This document shows positions 24,300 through 37,154 of a stretch of DNA of 64,000 nt, piece by piece. The number at the start of each line of letters is the position of its first letter. The stretch's first letter is position 1. Both the position numbers and the translations under genes were made by a program. Under the pieces are notes generated by a model that worked only from the letters and a program-made list of their open reading frames with translations, had not been told where the DNA came from and did not search any database. Location: assembly GCF_009914755.1 (NCBI RefSeq), contig NC_060930.1; one strand, given 5' to 3'. The stretch comes from the human T2T-CHM13v2.0 reference genome, Homo sapiens.

Positions 24300-26620
24300 T
24301 ACGTTTAATTAAATGGAAGGAGTGTACCTTTCTGTCATGAAAACACAGCTGATTATATGAATCAATTCTATGAGAAAAATTCTTAATTTTTAAGATTGCA
24401 TATTTAAGAGAACTTAGAGAAATCATATATTAGAACATGACATTGATTTCATTCCAAAACAAGCAAGCCGCCTTATTGGAGAAACTTTTTTGGAGCCACT
24501 TAAGCTGTTTTGTGCCTTTGAGTTAACAAAGAAAATTGCCTTTGTTAACAAATGTCATCCATTCTAGAAGTCCTGATATGTTTTTCACTATTTTAAAGCA
24601 AGTCTTGAAAGAATTGGCAGCTGTGTCATTTGCATTCTGAATGCAAATGGACAAAAATATAGATGTCCCTTAGTGAAGCCAAATCCTGGTTTGCACATAT
24701 CGTGTGCACACTGTTGCCATCTAAGAAGAATTTGTGATTTGGGAGCTAATTTTGGAAACAGGAAAAGATGTCAGTGTCTTTGAAATGGCAAAAAGTTTCT
24801 TTGCCAGGGAAAGTGTCCACTGGAAGACAAATCTTGGTGTTCTATGAACAGGTGGAGCACCTGTGATGCTTGGCAACACATCTGGTTTGGCTGCTTTCTT
24901 GAAGAAAGGCACTCCACATGTCATAATGACTCACTGCCTTTTACACCGGCATGCAATTTCATAGGAAATGGTGCCAGCAATTCTGAACGAAGCTTCGTCC
25001 ATCACCATGGAAAAGCAACTTTATCAAAACCAAGGATTTAAATCACTCTTTTCAGTATGTTTTGTCAAGAGATGGAAGCAGAATATGAACTTCTTGACTA
25101 CACGCTCCAAAAACAAGACTTCAAGTGCTTGATTATATTTTAAAAAACAGTTTTATCTTTTTTCCCCCTTCTTTCTTGCTCTTTCTTTTTATCTTTTGGA
25201 GGGAGATAAGTAGAAGATGAAGTGATATAGAGGAAAATTCAATTCACTCAAAACTACCTGACAAGGATGAGTTCATTTGTACTTTGGCTAAGGGAAGGAT
25301 ATTTTTGACAATATAAATGAGGTAATTAATTTAAAACAAAGCCTTGAATTACAAATGCTGTGAAAAACAAAACAAATATACCACCCCTACCTCAAACCGC
25401 TACCACAATAAACCGTGAACTATTGCATCCAAATTATGGGTTTTGAAACAAAGACTAAAATTAGGCAACTATTGCAAATTTATAAATGCAAAAAAAAAAA
25501 AAAAAAACAAAAAACAAAAAACATGTTCTTTGTGTTGAGAATGATAGAGCTTTGCCAAATTATCTGTGGGAAAAAATCTACAGACCCCAGGATAAAATAG
25601 AGTCTTTCCCAGCATTACTTCTGCTCAAACAATTTAAATATTGAAATCTGGAGTTGTGATTATTTTCTGGGATCCTCTTGTTGCTGATGAAGAGAACAAC
25701 ACTGTGGTAGACTTTGACCTCAATGACTTCAGAACAAAGGACTTGCCATGTCAGGATTTCAAGTCAAGGAGTTCCAGATAATTCAATTGTTACTTGACAA
25801 GGTATATGACAATGTACATGGTGTGATTGCTACTTTTAGGTGTTAAGGTGACTGTTTAAGGGATACTTAGATAGCTGTCAAATCATTATATCTGGGTGTG
25901 TCTGTGAGGGTGTCTCTATGGGATAATGGCATTGAGTCTGTAGACTGAGTTGGGGAAGATCTGCCCTCAGTGTGGGTGGGCACCATCCAATCAGCCCAAA
26001 TACAACAAAAAGGCAGAGAAAAGGAGAATTCCCTTTCTCTCTCTCCCTCTGTCCTGAAAGTGGGAAACCCTTCTTCTTCTGCCCTTAGATATCAGAATGC
26101 CAAGCTCCTTTGGATGATGGAACTTGTACCAACAGCCCCCAGGTTCTCAGGCTTTCAGCCTGGGACTGAGAATTACACCATCTGTTTCCCTGGTTCTGAG
26201 GCTCTGGGACTTGGACTGAGCCATACTACCAATATCCCAGGGTTTCCAGATCTCAGATGGCCTGTCATGGGGCTTCTCAGCCTCCATGAGGGCTAATTCC
26301 CCTAATTAATTCCCTATCATATATCTTTATCTACATATATACTATCAGTTCTTTCTCTATAGAAAACCCTGAATAACACACCTGGCAAAACCATTTGTGA
26401 AAATATTGATTCCACTTACATTTCTTTGTAAGTGAGATTATTAGTACATGAAGCCACATAAACCATACAAAATCGAAATGAGATGTTAAGGATAACATGC
26501 ATATGGTTTTTAAAAGCTGAATATAGCTTTTTGCTGACATTTTCTTTGGGGCAGAATTTACTTTGTCATATCTACAGAATTTTGATCTATTTTAATTTTT
26601 TTAGTAATGGGCTTTTAACT
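24300..26620 (+). mobile_element. Decayed hAT/Charlie (Buster-type) DNA transposon with transposase remnant, split by an MLT2 LTR
   Basis: The frame starting at 24599 reads QVLKELAAVSFAF*MQMDKNIDVP**SQILV...I*EEFVIWELILET...WKTNLGVL*TGGAPVMLGNTSGLAAFLKKGTPHVIMTHCLLHRHA, matching the hAT QLDE-TD, EEFL, TDGAP-MLG and HCxxH motifs, with several stops. Confidence 0.85.
25821..26378 (+). mobile_element. MLT2B-type (HERV-L) solo LTR
   Basis: CTGGGTGTGTCTGTGAGGGTG, GTGTGGGTGGGCACCATCCAATCAGC, and end CTATCAGTTCTTTCTCTATAGAAAACCCTGAATAACA. Confidence 0.85.
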
Positions 26621-27399
26621 ATATGTATAAATAGATTAGAGCAAGAAAGACATAAATCTTTGTAAAGATTTTTTTTCCATGTTATATCTTTACCACTTTT
26701 CAATTGAATAGTTTGGTACAACAGGTATAAAGACATGATTTATAAACTTAGCTAGGCACTCCAGAATGAACAGCAGTCTGGACCATTCACTTTTTCCAGA
26801 AAGCTTTATTTCTCATTATCCATGGAAGCTTGGAGACAATCCAAACTTCTTTGCACATTTGTATAACCCTGCCATGCCCCTCTTGATCGCAAACAGATGA
26901 CTTTGATTTTGTTCCTTCACAGAGGGAAGTTTCCTTAACTTCTACCACCAAACCTGTGAACTAATATGCACCTGTAGATACACTCTTTTTTATTCTCTCT
27001 CTCCAGTTACAATTGATTGGCACAAATGACAAGAATACAAAGAAGGCAGTACTCTAGTTTTAACCAGGCTAGCGATGACACCTATGGGATTGCAGATCAC
27101 CCAAACATAACTGTCCCTAAAAGCCTAAGTAGAGTTGAGCTATCCTACCAGCTGAGTCTCTTCACATTGGGACTGTTAAGGAAGAAAAAATGAAACTTCT
27201 TTGTCCTCTGAGTCAAGGTATTACAGGGTCTTTATGTTACGGCAATTTAGCATTTATTCTCATGAATTCATGAAGGTTCTGTCACTCTTTCTGTATTGTC
27301 TTATTTACTGGTGAGGCTTCAATTATTTTCAATTGCTACTAATTTTTGTATCTCTCTCCAAGGCCCAGAGCTGCTTATCTTTTTCCCCCATTTCTTAAA

Positions 27400-27657
27400 T
27401 ACACCTTTTATTCTGGAATCATTTTAGATTTACAAAAACATTACAAAGAGTGCAGAAAGTCACCATCTGGCCTTGACCAGCATCCCATAATGCTAATATC
27501 TTACATAACCATAGTGCATTAGTCAAAACTAAGAAATTCACATTGATACAGTACCATTATCTATATATAAAGACCCTAGATTGCACCCCTTTTTTTCCCA
27601 CAAATGTCCTTTCTCTGTTCCAGAATTGAATCCAGAGTCCTGCACTGCATTTGGGGT
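27400..27657 (-). mobile_element. L1MC-like 3' fragment
   Basis: TTTTAGATTTACAAAAACATTACAAAG...ATCTTACATAACCATAGTGCATTAGTCAAAACTAAGAAATT. Confidence 0.65.
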
Positions 27658-27659
27658 AC

Positions 27660-28112
27660 TATTTATTTTATTTTATTTTATTTTACATTCCGGGATACAT
27701 GTGCAACAGGCTTGTTACATAGGTAAATGTGTGCCATGGTGGTTTGCTGCACCTATCAACCAATCACCTAGGTATTAAGCCCAGTATACATTAGTTATTT
27801 TTTTCTGATGCTCTTCCTTCCCTCATACCCCCACTACCGCCAACAGGCTCCAGTGTGTGTTGTTCCCCTCCCTGGGTCCATGTGTTCTCATTGTTCAGCT
27901 CCCACAAACATGCAGTGTTTGGTTTTCTGTTCCTGTGTTAATTTGCCGAGGATAATGGCTTCCAGCTCCATCCATGTCCCTGCAAAGGACATGGTCTCAT
28001 TACTTTTTATGGCTACATAGTATTCCATGTTGTATATGTACCACATTTTATTTATCCAATCTATTATTGATAGGCATTGGGTTGATTCCATGTCATTGCT
28101 ATTGTAAATAGC
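27660..28112 (-). mobile_element. 5'-truncated L1PA (older, about PA8-PA13) 3' end
   Basis: T-rich tail, GGGATACATGTGCAACAGG; ORF 27888-28091 encodes the L1 ORF2 C-terminus (WINKMWYIYNMEYY..MSFAGTWMELEAIIL). Confidence 0.92.
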
Positions 28113-28119
28113 AGAGCTG

Positions 28120-29045
28120 CATATCTTAATGTCCTACCGGATATTTGGATGGCCTATAGAAATTAACGTTCAACAAACCCAAGACTTTTAAATTTATTTC
28201 TTTTTAAACTTTTCTTTCTTCTCTGGTATGTATCTGAATGAGTGGCACCATTAGCTATCCAGTGGCGTAGCATAGGCATCTTAGAGTAACTTCCAATTTT
28301 CCTCTCTCATCCTTCTTACATTCAAATAAAAATCATATCTATTCTACCTCTTACAAAAGTCTTACAAATTCAATCACTTCTCTTTATGTTCCTTGCCAAG
28401 AATACAAGACACAGTCATCTTTTTCCGTGTTGCCACAATTGGCATATTGCTGCTTTCTCTCATTCAGTTTTGCTTCTCTAGTCCATATTCCACAGCACTC
28501 AAAGTGAGCTTTCTAGAATGCAAATCTAACTCTACTTAAAATCCTGCAAAGACTCTCCGGTGCTCTTCAATAGATTATATTTTAATGTGGCTTACAAGGT
28601 CCTGAATGAGGCCCTTGTTCTCCTTTCCAATTTCATCTATTATTCCTGTCTTCATCATATGCCATATTCTAGCTTTTCTGAGCTTTCTCCTGCAATCACA
28701 TCTTCAAATGATCTATTACTTATTTTCAAATTAAACTCCTCCTTCATCAACTGGTTAATGCCTATACTTTTGCTTCAAGCCTTAACTTAGAGCCATTTTC
28801 TCTAGAAAGCCTTTCTTGATTCTTTCAAGCATGGGTTAGATGCTCCTCTTATGTGAGAGCACACTGTCCTCCCAGGAAATAGCACCAGTCATGTTGGATT
28901 ATAATATCTCTTTACTGTACCATCTCTCACTTGGAGGGGACAAGATTTACCTTATTTATTATCATATGTCTCATATTGTGTCATTCCCATGTCTATTACA
29001 GTTACTAGCAAATAAAAATGAATTGTGCTTATTATTTGCTTGAAT
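28120..29045 (+). mobile_element. Degraded L2 with 3' end
   Basis: TCTAGAATGCAAATCTAAC, ATGTGGCTTACAAGGTCCTGAATGA, GGAGGGGACAAG. Confidence 0.55.
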
Positions 29046-29313
29046 TTGTTTTAACACACTTCCTTGGGAAGAGTCTGTAGCTTTCTTTAAAGTCTCAGAA
29101 AGGTCCATGATCTCAAAATATCCAAGCACACTTTCACGCTTGCATTATGCTAACTGTCAAAACATCGTAAGTTACAGTCATTCAGATTCTGAGAGCATAC
29201 CATGATAACCTCCCTTTTCCCAAGTACCTCTAGAAATGACACATTAAAATAAAAACAGATGGTTATCCCTTTCACATCAATACAATCAAATATGCAATAT
29301 GACTTTTTCTTCA

Positions 29314-29393
29314 GCATGCACATGCATGCATGTGTACATGCCCACACACACACACACACACACACACATGCACGCACACACACATACACACAC
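29314..29393. repeat. (CA)n/CATG compound microsatellite
   Basis: Direct inspection. Confidence 0.9.
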
Positions 29394-29799
29394 CTTCTTT
29401 GGAACCACTCTTTGTATTATAGCTATGGACATGGAAATTGCCACAAAAAATCTGAGGGCTTTCAAAAATTCATGGTTCAAGAGCAAAAGAGAAAAATAAC
29501 TATCAATATCAAAAATAACTTGATGAATTTGGCTTTGAGACAAAAGAGGACTGTGTTGATTTATTATTTTGTAGTTTTTATTTTCCCATAGACATGCAAG
29601 AAGTTGCAAAAATAATACAGAAATGTTTCATTTACCCGTAACCCAGCTTCCACAATGGTAACTTTTTGCATAACTGAATTATCAAAACCAGGAAATGAGT
29701 TACTTTTTATTAGTTTTCCTGATGGAAAATATTCTTTTTCATGACTGAGACTCTTACTTTCACTGCGTAAAGCTATCTAAAATTGGCCAATTCAAAAAT

Positions 29800-30010
29800 C
29801 ATTTGGATTGCATTTATTAAGCTCTTAATGTCCGTCAGAGAGTATATTTAGTATTTCATACTCTTCAAATTAATCCTGTGGGAAGATACTAATATTACCT
29901 CAATTTATAGACGATGAAGCTGAGGCATGAAGATAAGTTGAGTAACGTGCTTAGGATCACATGTGTAGGAAGTGTCAGGGCCAGGTTTATGAACGCAATT
30001 CTCTGCAGGC
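29800..30010 (+). mobile_element. MIR SINE
   Basis: ATTTATAGACGATGAAGCTGAGGCATGAAGA..GAGTAACGTGCTTAGGATCACA core. Confidence 0.75.
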
Positions 30011-31296
30011 TACACCACCACACCTGCATAATAACTCACTTCAAAAAATACTTTCCATGTCTGGAAGAGTTAAGAATTGACTGACCAGCTCTCATTATGA
30101 ATTAGATTAAATTGCTTACACGCTTGCTTGCATTCTTCTAAAACCTATCTGAAGATCATCTCCCCTGAGAAAAGAAAGGAAGTTGGGAAGGAAAAAAGAA
30201 AGAGATGATCACGTTGAGCAAGACTGGATGGAAGGTCAGAGGCACTGGCAGACAAGGCATTGGGAATAAATTGTTTCCATGGTCCCTGTGAATGACGTTC
30301 ATGAAGAAAGACAGGAAAGTGGTAGAATACTAAAGACCAATATCAAGTAACTCAAAATATTGCACAAACAGGTTCTGGGCCCAGAGAGAAGAATTCAAGT
30401 CTCTTTATCATGCTTTTTCTTGCATTGCAGTTCCTCCTAAGCCTAGGATCCAGACTCAAGACATTCTATTAGCACTTTAATAATTCATTCCTGATTTTAT
30501 GGGTCAATTTTAACACTGATTATTCTGGTCTTATAGGTTTTTAGACATAAAACATAAATATCCTGGAAAATCAAGCATTATGCATTATCTTGACAAAATT
30601 CTCAAATTATGTTTCAATTTTTTATATCTGATTATTTCACAGTGAGTCTGACCCATATCCCAGCCCACAACCTATATCTCTACACTTTGTCCTTTCTGCT
30701 ACCATAAAGTGAGATTACTTAGATTTATTTGATATTTTCTCTAAATGTAGAAACAGATATCATATTTTTTTCTATGAAGATACATTTTGAAATACTAACA
30801 AATGCTTTCTGCATCACTTTGGGATTCAAACTGTTCAGAAGGTGGGTATTCCCTGTACTCTCTGGTTTGATTGTAAACACTTTATCCTTTAAACATCTTC
30901 TCTACAGAGTGGCTCCTGGCAAGGAAAACTCCATTGTTTCATGTTTAGGACAGGTTGTAGTGTACATCACGAGAGAAACTCCTCTTTCTTCCTGTTCTTG
31001 GCAGATGTCTTAATTAATCTTTCGTTTATATTAATGAAAGGTTAGGCTGCACCCAACTCTTTAAAAAAATCTTCACTAAAGTTAATAACCTTAGAGAGTT
31101 TGCAAAGCTGGTATGGAATTTACAGAACAAAGCTGTGAAGAGCCACAGGCCTTCTCTAATAAAGACATCTCTTGCTTCTACTGCATAGTTTTGCTTACAC
31201 AGCTTTATAGACGTTCTCTGTCTTGAGGCTACTAAGCCCATTCAAATGCCCTATTTTTCTTCTAATTGCTTTTCTGCCACTGGCTTGTTATCACCA

Positions 31297-31411
31297 TCTC
31301 TTTCTTTTCCCTTTCTCTCTCTCTCTCTCTCACTCTTTCTCTCACACACACACACACATATACGCATGCATGCACGCACACACGCACGCACACACACGCA
31401 CACACACATAC
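31297..31411. repeat. (TC)n followed by (CA/CG/TG)n compound microsatellite
   Basis: Direct inspection. Confidence 0.9.
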
Positions 31412-34400
31412 CTCTCCACTTTCAGTATTTACCTCCATCCCAACATGTCCATCTGCCTTAGGATATAGGAAACACTGCTCCTTAAAAAGCCAGCAGAACT
31501 GTATGTATCTGAACCTTCGTGCAACATTTATAGGCTCTGTCAGTTTCTCTTTCTCTTTTCTTTGTGTTCTGTGATATTCAGCACTTTCTGTAAAGAATGT
31601 AATGAAAAAAAAAAAGAAGATCAAAGGAGGTGCTTATCTCCACTGACATGTCCAAACAGGCACTCTGGCCCTCTCTAATATGCTCATCTAATTTGCTCCT
31701 GAGCCCAGGCCTGGAAGAAAAGCATCTTGAGAAAGTTTTCTTCCATGGGCTGAGCCATCTGCTAATGCGGGCCTGTGCCAGTAATTTACAAGTAATGGTT
31801 TACAGCTGTGAACCCTGGCTTCTGAGCTGTTTTGGTCATTTAGTAATTACAACAGTTTCATTAACATTTAAAGGGAATAGTCTGCTCAATATCAATTAGG
31901 GACTATCAGCAACTGTGTAGCTCCATTTTCATATTTGCATTTGACATTTAATATTCTGCACACATAAATTCTTGGTCTTGGAAATGCATTGCCACAGAAG
32001 GTCAAAATTAATCCAGAGCCCATTTCTACCTAGCTCTACTAAGCTTTAGGAAATATTTCTGCAGAGAGCAGGAACATAAAAGGTTATTTTGAGGCAGTTT
32101 TACACATCTGAACATTTAAGTACTTTTTCTTACCACTAAAGTTAAGGTTAAAGAGTTCTCCTCAATTCTTGTTATATCTCCTGTATTCTAGGGAAATTCC
32201 AAACTTATCTGATTCAGATTTGCATAGTATTAAGCAGAAAGATGACATCTATTACTGGCAAATCTTACATAACTGCAGTGATACTTAACTTTAATGTTTG
32301 AGGGTATGGGGGGGTGCTATGTATGGATTTCAACACTTAATAAATAGAACTAGACTATGACCAAAAAAAATTCTTCCTAAAATCATTTGCATCTGGATAT
32401 AGGTCTTGATCTCTAATTAAATTGCTGAACAAAGTGGTAGTTATGCTAGGGCTTATCTCAGAAGAAACAAAAGCCCAATGATAATTTGAATTTCATGTGG
32501 CTGAGAATGGTCGTAGAATTTGATCCCTGCTGGTAAGTGATCTTGGTAAAAGACAGAGTGAGAAAGATGGAGCAAATTTTAAGTGAGTTAAAGGCCTTTT
32601 AGAGAGTTAAAAGTCAGAAGCTCCCATCAGGATGGAGAGGAGTGCTTTGAGATTATTTAGGTGCAGATTGTAGAGGATGTCAGTAAGAATGGTTTGAGTG
32701 GCAGAAGCTAAAAACAGTTTGAGCTAAAGTACTGGGGCTTCTTTTGACTCCTGGTTCGCAGGATCTGGCTGTGATAAGAGGTGAGTCACATAGCATGCAC
32801 CATTCCTAAGAGTCAGAGGTAGGGAACAGGCCACTGAAAGAGGGAAGACTGAAAGAAGATTAATGAAGAGGATATTGAAAGAGACTCCCTTTCATCAGAC
32901 TGGGACTTCTAATGTGTCAGAGTCTACACATTGCAATGCTTTAACAGGGTCTTATTTGCTTGAATTTTAAACCTATTCTCAATGTTGTGCTACTTAAGCA
33001 GATAGAGTGACCTTAGAAACACAGATAAAGTGAAAATCAGGGAAAAAAATCTATATGTTCTAGGGACTTGATGTTTGGAAAGAAGTCACACTCCCTGTCC
33101 TGCACACCCCCGCCCCCCGCCCCCCATCACCACTTCTACCACTACCAAGGCCTCAGCAAAGCATTTGTAAGGAGCTAGAAAGGAGTGGTGTCAGCCAGTT
33201 GAGAAATATCCTAGTCAGAACATTTAGATTATCTGGAATCATTATAATAAACAGTGCATGTAATCTACCAAAAAGGTATATTTTATAAACTACATTATTC
33301 ATTGTCAGTTTTATTCAAGATATGCAAACGACATTGTTTCACATGGTCCTTGGCTTCTCCAGTACTTACTTACAATGGTGTCCCAGTGCTTATCAGACCA
33401 ATCCAGAAGGCTTGTTCTATCATGTCAGACTCTCTGTGATTACCTTCATATCACTCTGCTTAGTGGGTTTATATGCATTTATAACTTTTCTTCCCAATTA
33501 GAGTATTAGCTTCCAGAAGGCAAGGTCAGAATCTTTACCTGGATATTCACCAGCTGGGACCTAGGAAATTATAACTAGATTTCAAAATGTGATCAGGTGG
33601 CAAAAGCGAGGAATTTTGATCAGGGAAACAAATAAAAATAAATAAATTGAGGCAATCTAGTGTCCAAGACTGGAGCTCAGGAGTATGCCTTTTGTTTCTA
33701 AAAAATCTAGAGTCCGGAATGCGGCAGAGTCCCAGACATAGGAGTTGGGGAACCAGGTTCCTAGGTAAACAGGAAGCTTGGGACCAGAAGGTGGGTGCCC
33801 CCATTTGCCAGTTTGTTAGACTAGCAACTTCCTCCATTGGCTCATGCTTATGGAAACGGGTACTTAGTGTCTCTGTTGGGACTACAGGCATTTGAATGTT
33901 CAGCAAGTGGCTGAAACCAGAGCCCACATGTGATACTGAGGAAAGAGATGTTTTCAAACTAGAAGAAATAAGAGGACTCAAGGACAGATGGGTAATAAAT
34001 ATCACAACAGAAGACTACATCTAGGTCCTTGGTAACCAGCAGGCTGGCCCCAATATCTTTAACAAAGCAAGAATAGGTAATAGATAGAAGTAGTGGGGGA
34101 GGTTATGATGAAAAGGCCCTACAGAAGCTAATAAAGATCCAATTCAGAAGTTTGAGTTGTGAAGAGTAGTTCCAAGATCCAGGAAGTGTAGTATTAAGTT
34201 ATTGCAAGAGTAACAATGAGACTGTTTCTGAACCCATAGGAAGTGACCCATAAATTTTCTGTTTCTCATGCTAAGATGGGTCCACATCTTCAATAGAGCT
34301 GAATTTACAGGGTAGTGCCTTTGGCCATGGTAGCAGGAGACCCCAAATAATTTTAGTTATTGTATGTTTGATCAAATTGCAATCTTAAGCACAATTAACC

Positions 34401-34449
34401 AAACAAAATTTTAAAATTATGTAACATATACGAACTTGCATTTTCTCTC

Positions 34450-34775
34450 TGTATTAATCATGTTAACTGGGTAATATATAGGTATAAATATCTCAATAGT
34501 GTAACACAATAGCGACTGTCTTACTGATGTGTAGTCTAACCATTACTCAGTGTAGTCATATTCAGGGACCTGGCTCTTTCCAGCTTTGGCTCCACTCTTC
34601 TCTGCATTCAATGACTGGATATGAAGAGAAAAGAAAGAGTCAGTGAGTACTTAGGGTCAGGCCAGGAATCTGCCAGAACTCAGGAGCCTGGCCATAGCAA
34701 GTAGAGGCTGAGAAATGTAGTCTATCTGTGCACACAAGAGGGAGAAAGATGGGTTTAGTAAATGACTAACATACT
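34450..34775 (-). mobile_element. Old MLT1 LTR
   Basis: ATCTCAATAGTGTAACACAATAG, ATTCAGGGACCTGGCTCTTTCCAGCTT, GAGGCTGAGAAATGTAGTCT. Confidence 0.55.
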
Positions 34776-34849
34776 CTTCCTTGAAATTACAGAATGTAAA
34801 CTTGAGTAAAGAGTGGAAGAGAGATGGAAGAAACATGCACTGTATTTTA

Positions 34850-35220
34850 GAAATTTTATTTCAGGTAATACACCAGAGAATTACCTATTATAATGCTTTA
34901 TTTCCAAATGGGGAGACTGAAGCTCTGAAAGTTAAATAGCTTTCTATTATACAGGTAGTAATTGTAGAGCTGAGGTTGAACCCGTGTCTTTCTGGTTTTT
35001 TTTTTTAAGAATTTATCAAAAGTCTTTGATTAGATTTATTATGACATAATAAGGAGAAAAATCAGATTCAGACAAACTTGACTCCATAGTGTGCATTTTC
35101 CACTCAGTTATTTGTGTTTCTGAATTAGTAATTTCACTGAAGCTGTGTCCTCAACTGTAAAATGCAAGTCATGATATTTGCAGATTTGTGTGATGTTTAA
35201 ACAAATAATACACTGTTTCT
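34850..35220. mobile_element. Two MIR fragments in opposite orientation
   Basis: CAAATGGGGAGACTGAAGCTCTGAAAGTTAAATAGCTT on +; CTGAAGCTGTGTCCTCAACTGTAAAATG on -. Confidence 0.6.
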
Positions 35221-36721
35221 AACATTTTCCTGAATATTTGAATTACCTGGAATGCTTAGAAGAAGTACAGATACCTCAACAGCTTCTTTCAAATTCTGAT
35301 AGAATGGGTCTGGATTAAAGCCTGGGAAATTTTAATTTTAGCAAATGGGCTGAGATGGCTTTAGAAACAATGAGCTAATGTACACACAGTAGCACAGCCA
35401 TTATCACCGAAGTTAGAGTTTAATGGCTGTTGTATTATTATTGAAGTTGCCAGCCTTGTTAATTATATTTCTAAATGGTATCTGCTCTGGAAGTCCCTAT
35501 CTCTACTCACTCTCTATCAGTTAAGCTACACTTATTAGTTAATGTTGCCTCCTCTGGAGCAGCTTATTATCTACATTTCACTCAGACAATATTGAGTTGA
35601 GTTTTGAACTTCAGGTGAATTTTAGAACTGATTCTGAGCTCTTAGTTGCAAGCATCAGAAACCAGGTCTGGCTAAGTAAAAACTGTTTATTACTAGATAA
35701 TGGGTAATTCAGAATCTCTTGGAGGGGACTAGAGAAGCAGGAATTTGTCTCATATTTCTCACCTCACAGTTCTGTGAAGGCTCTCATGTTTTTATGTTGC
35801 TGGGACCAAACACCACCCTTCACTGCTGATTCCCCCAAGACTGAATATCAGTTGCTGATGCCTTATGTTACCCATTCTTGCATCACTTGCATGTGTCTAA
35901 GCTGCAAGGAAAGCTGAAGAAATTACACTCCTGTTATCTCTACTCCTTTGCAACACATAAAGTGTGGAATTTCCCAAACAAGAAAAGGGATTCAAAAACC
36001 AGGTGATAAAAAGAGTGAGAATCATTGCCACACCACCCCCTCAGATGCCTACTGATCCTGGAGGCAGAATGAGGGGTACCCCAGAATTACAGACAGAGAA
36101 GCGCTGATGAAGATAAGCAGTAGGAAATGTGTGTTATAAATTTGAGAACTCAATGTGGGTGCCAATACCATAGATATTCAACATTTGTTTGCTGAAAAAT
36201 TTGTATGAATGGATAGCTAAAGGAAGGAAGGAAGAAAAGAGGGGAAAGAGAAAAGGAAGGAAGAAAGATTTCTTCTCTAGTTCTCTTGTGACTTACATTC
36301 TACATTAAACATAATCTCAGAGGGACTGGATTCTTGCCTTACAACTAACTCTTCAGTAAATACCACTGGTTGGTATTTACTGATCCCTAATCTTCCTAGG
36401 GATCAACCAACACTAATTTCTCCCTGACAGGACTCCTGACAATAATACTAGAGCTCCCTTATGCTGTCCCTGGCTAAAATAGGCTCTGATCCTATTTCCT
36501 CCTAACCCTAGGAACATGGCTTCTTCTTAAGCTTTTTACTCAGAAGACTGAGGCTGATCCATAGTTTCACTCATCCATACTTACCCTCTGTCCTAATGGG
36601 AGGTTTTAATCCTCCTATTGTTGCCTTAAGCTGAGGGTTCTAGAAACTATGTCATATTTTATTTAAATCTCTGGTGTCAATGTTTTGACAATAAAGTGAG
36701 ACATTAAAACATATATCTTTC

Positions 36722-37027
36722 ATCTGGGCGCGGTGGCTTATGCCTGTAATCCCAGCACTTTGGGAGGCCAAGGGGGGCAGATCACGAGGTCAGGAGGTCA
36801 AGAGCATCCTGGCTAACATGGCAAAACCCCATCTCTACTAAAAATACAAAAATTAGCTGGGTGTGTTGGTGCGTGCCTGTAATCCCAGCTACTCGGGAGG
36901 CTGAGACAGGAGAATTGCTTGAACCCAGGAGGCAGAGGTTTCTGTGAGCCGAGATTGTGCTACAGTACTCCAGCTTAGCGACAGAGTGAGAATCCGTCTC
37001 AAAACAACAACAACAAAAGCAACAAAT
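36722..37027 (+). mobile_element. AluS (Sc-like)
   Basis: Full dimer with GATCACGAGGTCAGGAG, (CAA)-degraded tail, and TSD AAAACATATATCTTT / AAAATATATGTCTTT. Confidence 0.95.
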
Positions 37028-37154
37028 AAAATATATGTCTTTTACCCCAAAAAGGTTTTCTATATTTTGTATTTTCATGGTTTTAAGCCAAAATTTTTCT
37101 CTCCCAGATGGATTAAAAAAATATGCCTCAAGCTTACAGTGATGCCAGTGATAT

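Noticed and set aside
30980-31046. Possible micro-exon (polypyrimidine tract + CAG acceptor, AAG/GTTAGG donor)
   Set aside because: Weak donor and no coding signal; cannot be supported without RNA data
33600-34350. Purine-rich segment containing a 152-aa antisense ORF
   Set aside because: Looks like a very old LTR-type repeat that I cannot name; the peptide has no recognisable domain
36369-36411. Hairpin TGATCCCTA-N7-TAGGGATCA with a bulged extension
   Set aside because: The 9-bp stem is too short for a pre-miRNA and is plausible by chance in 64 kb
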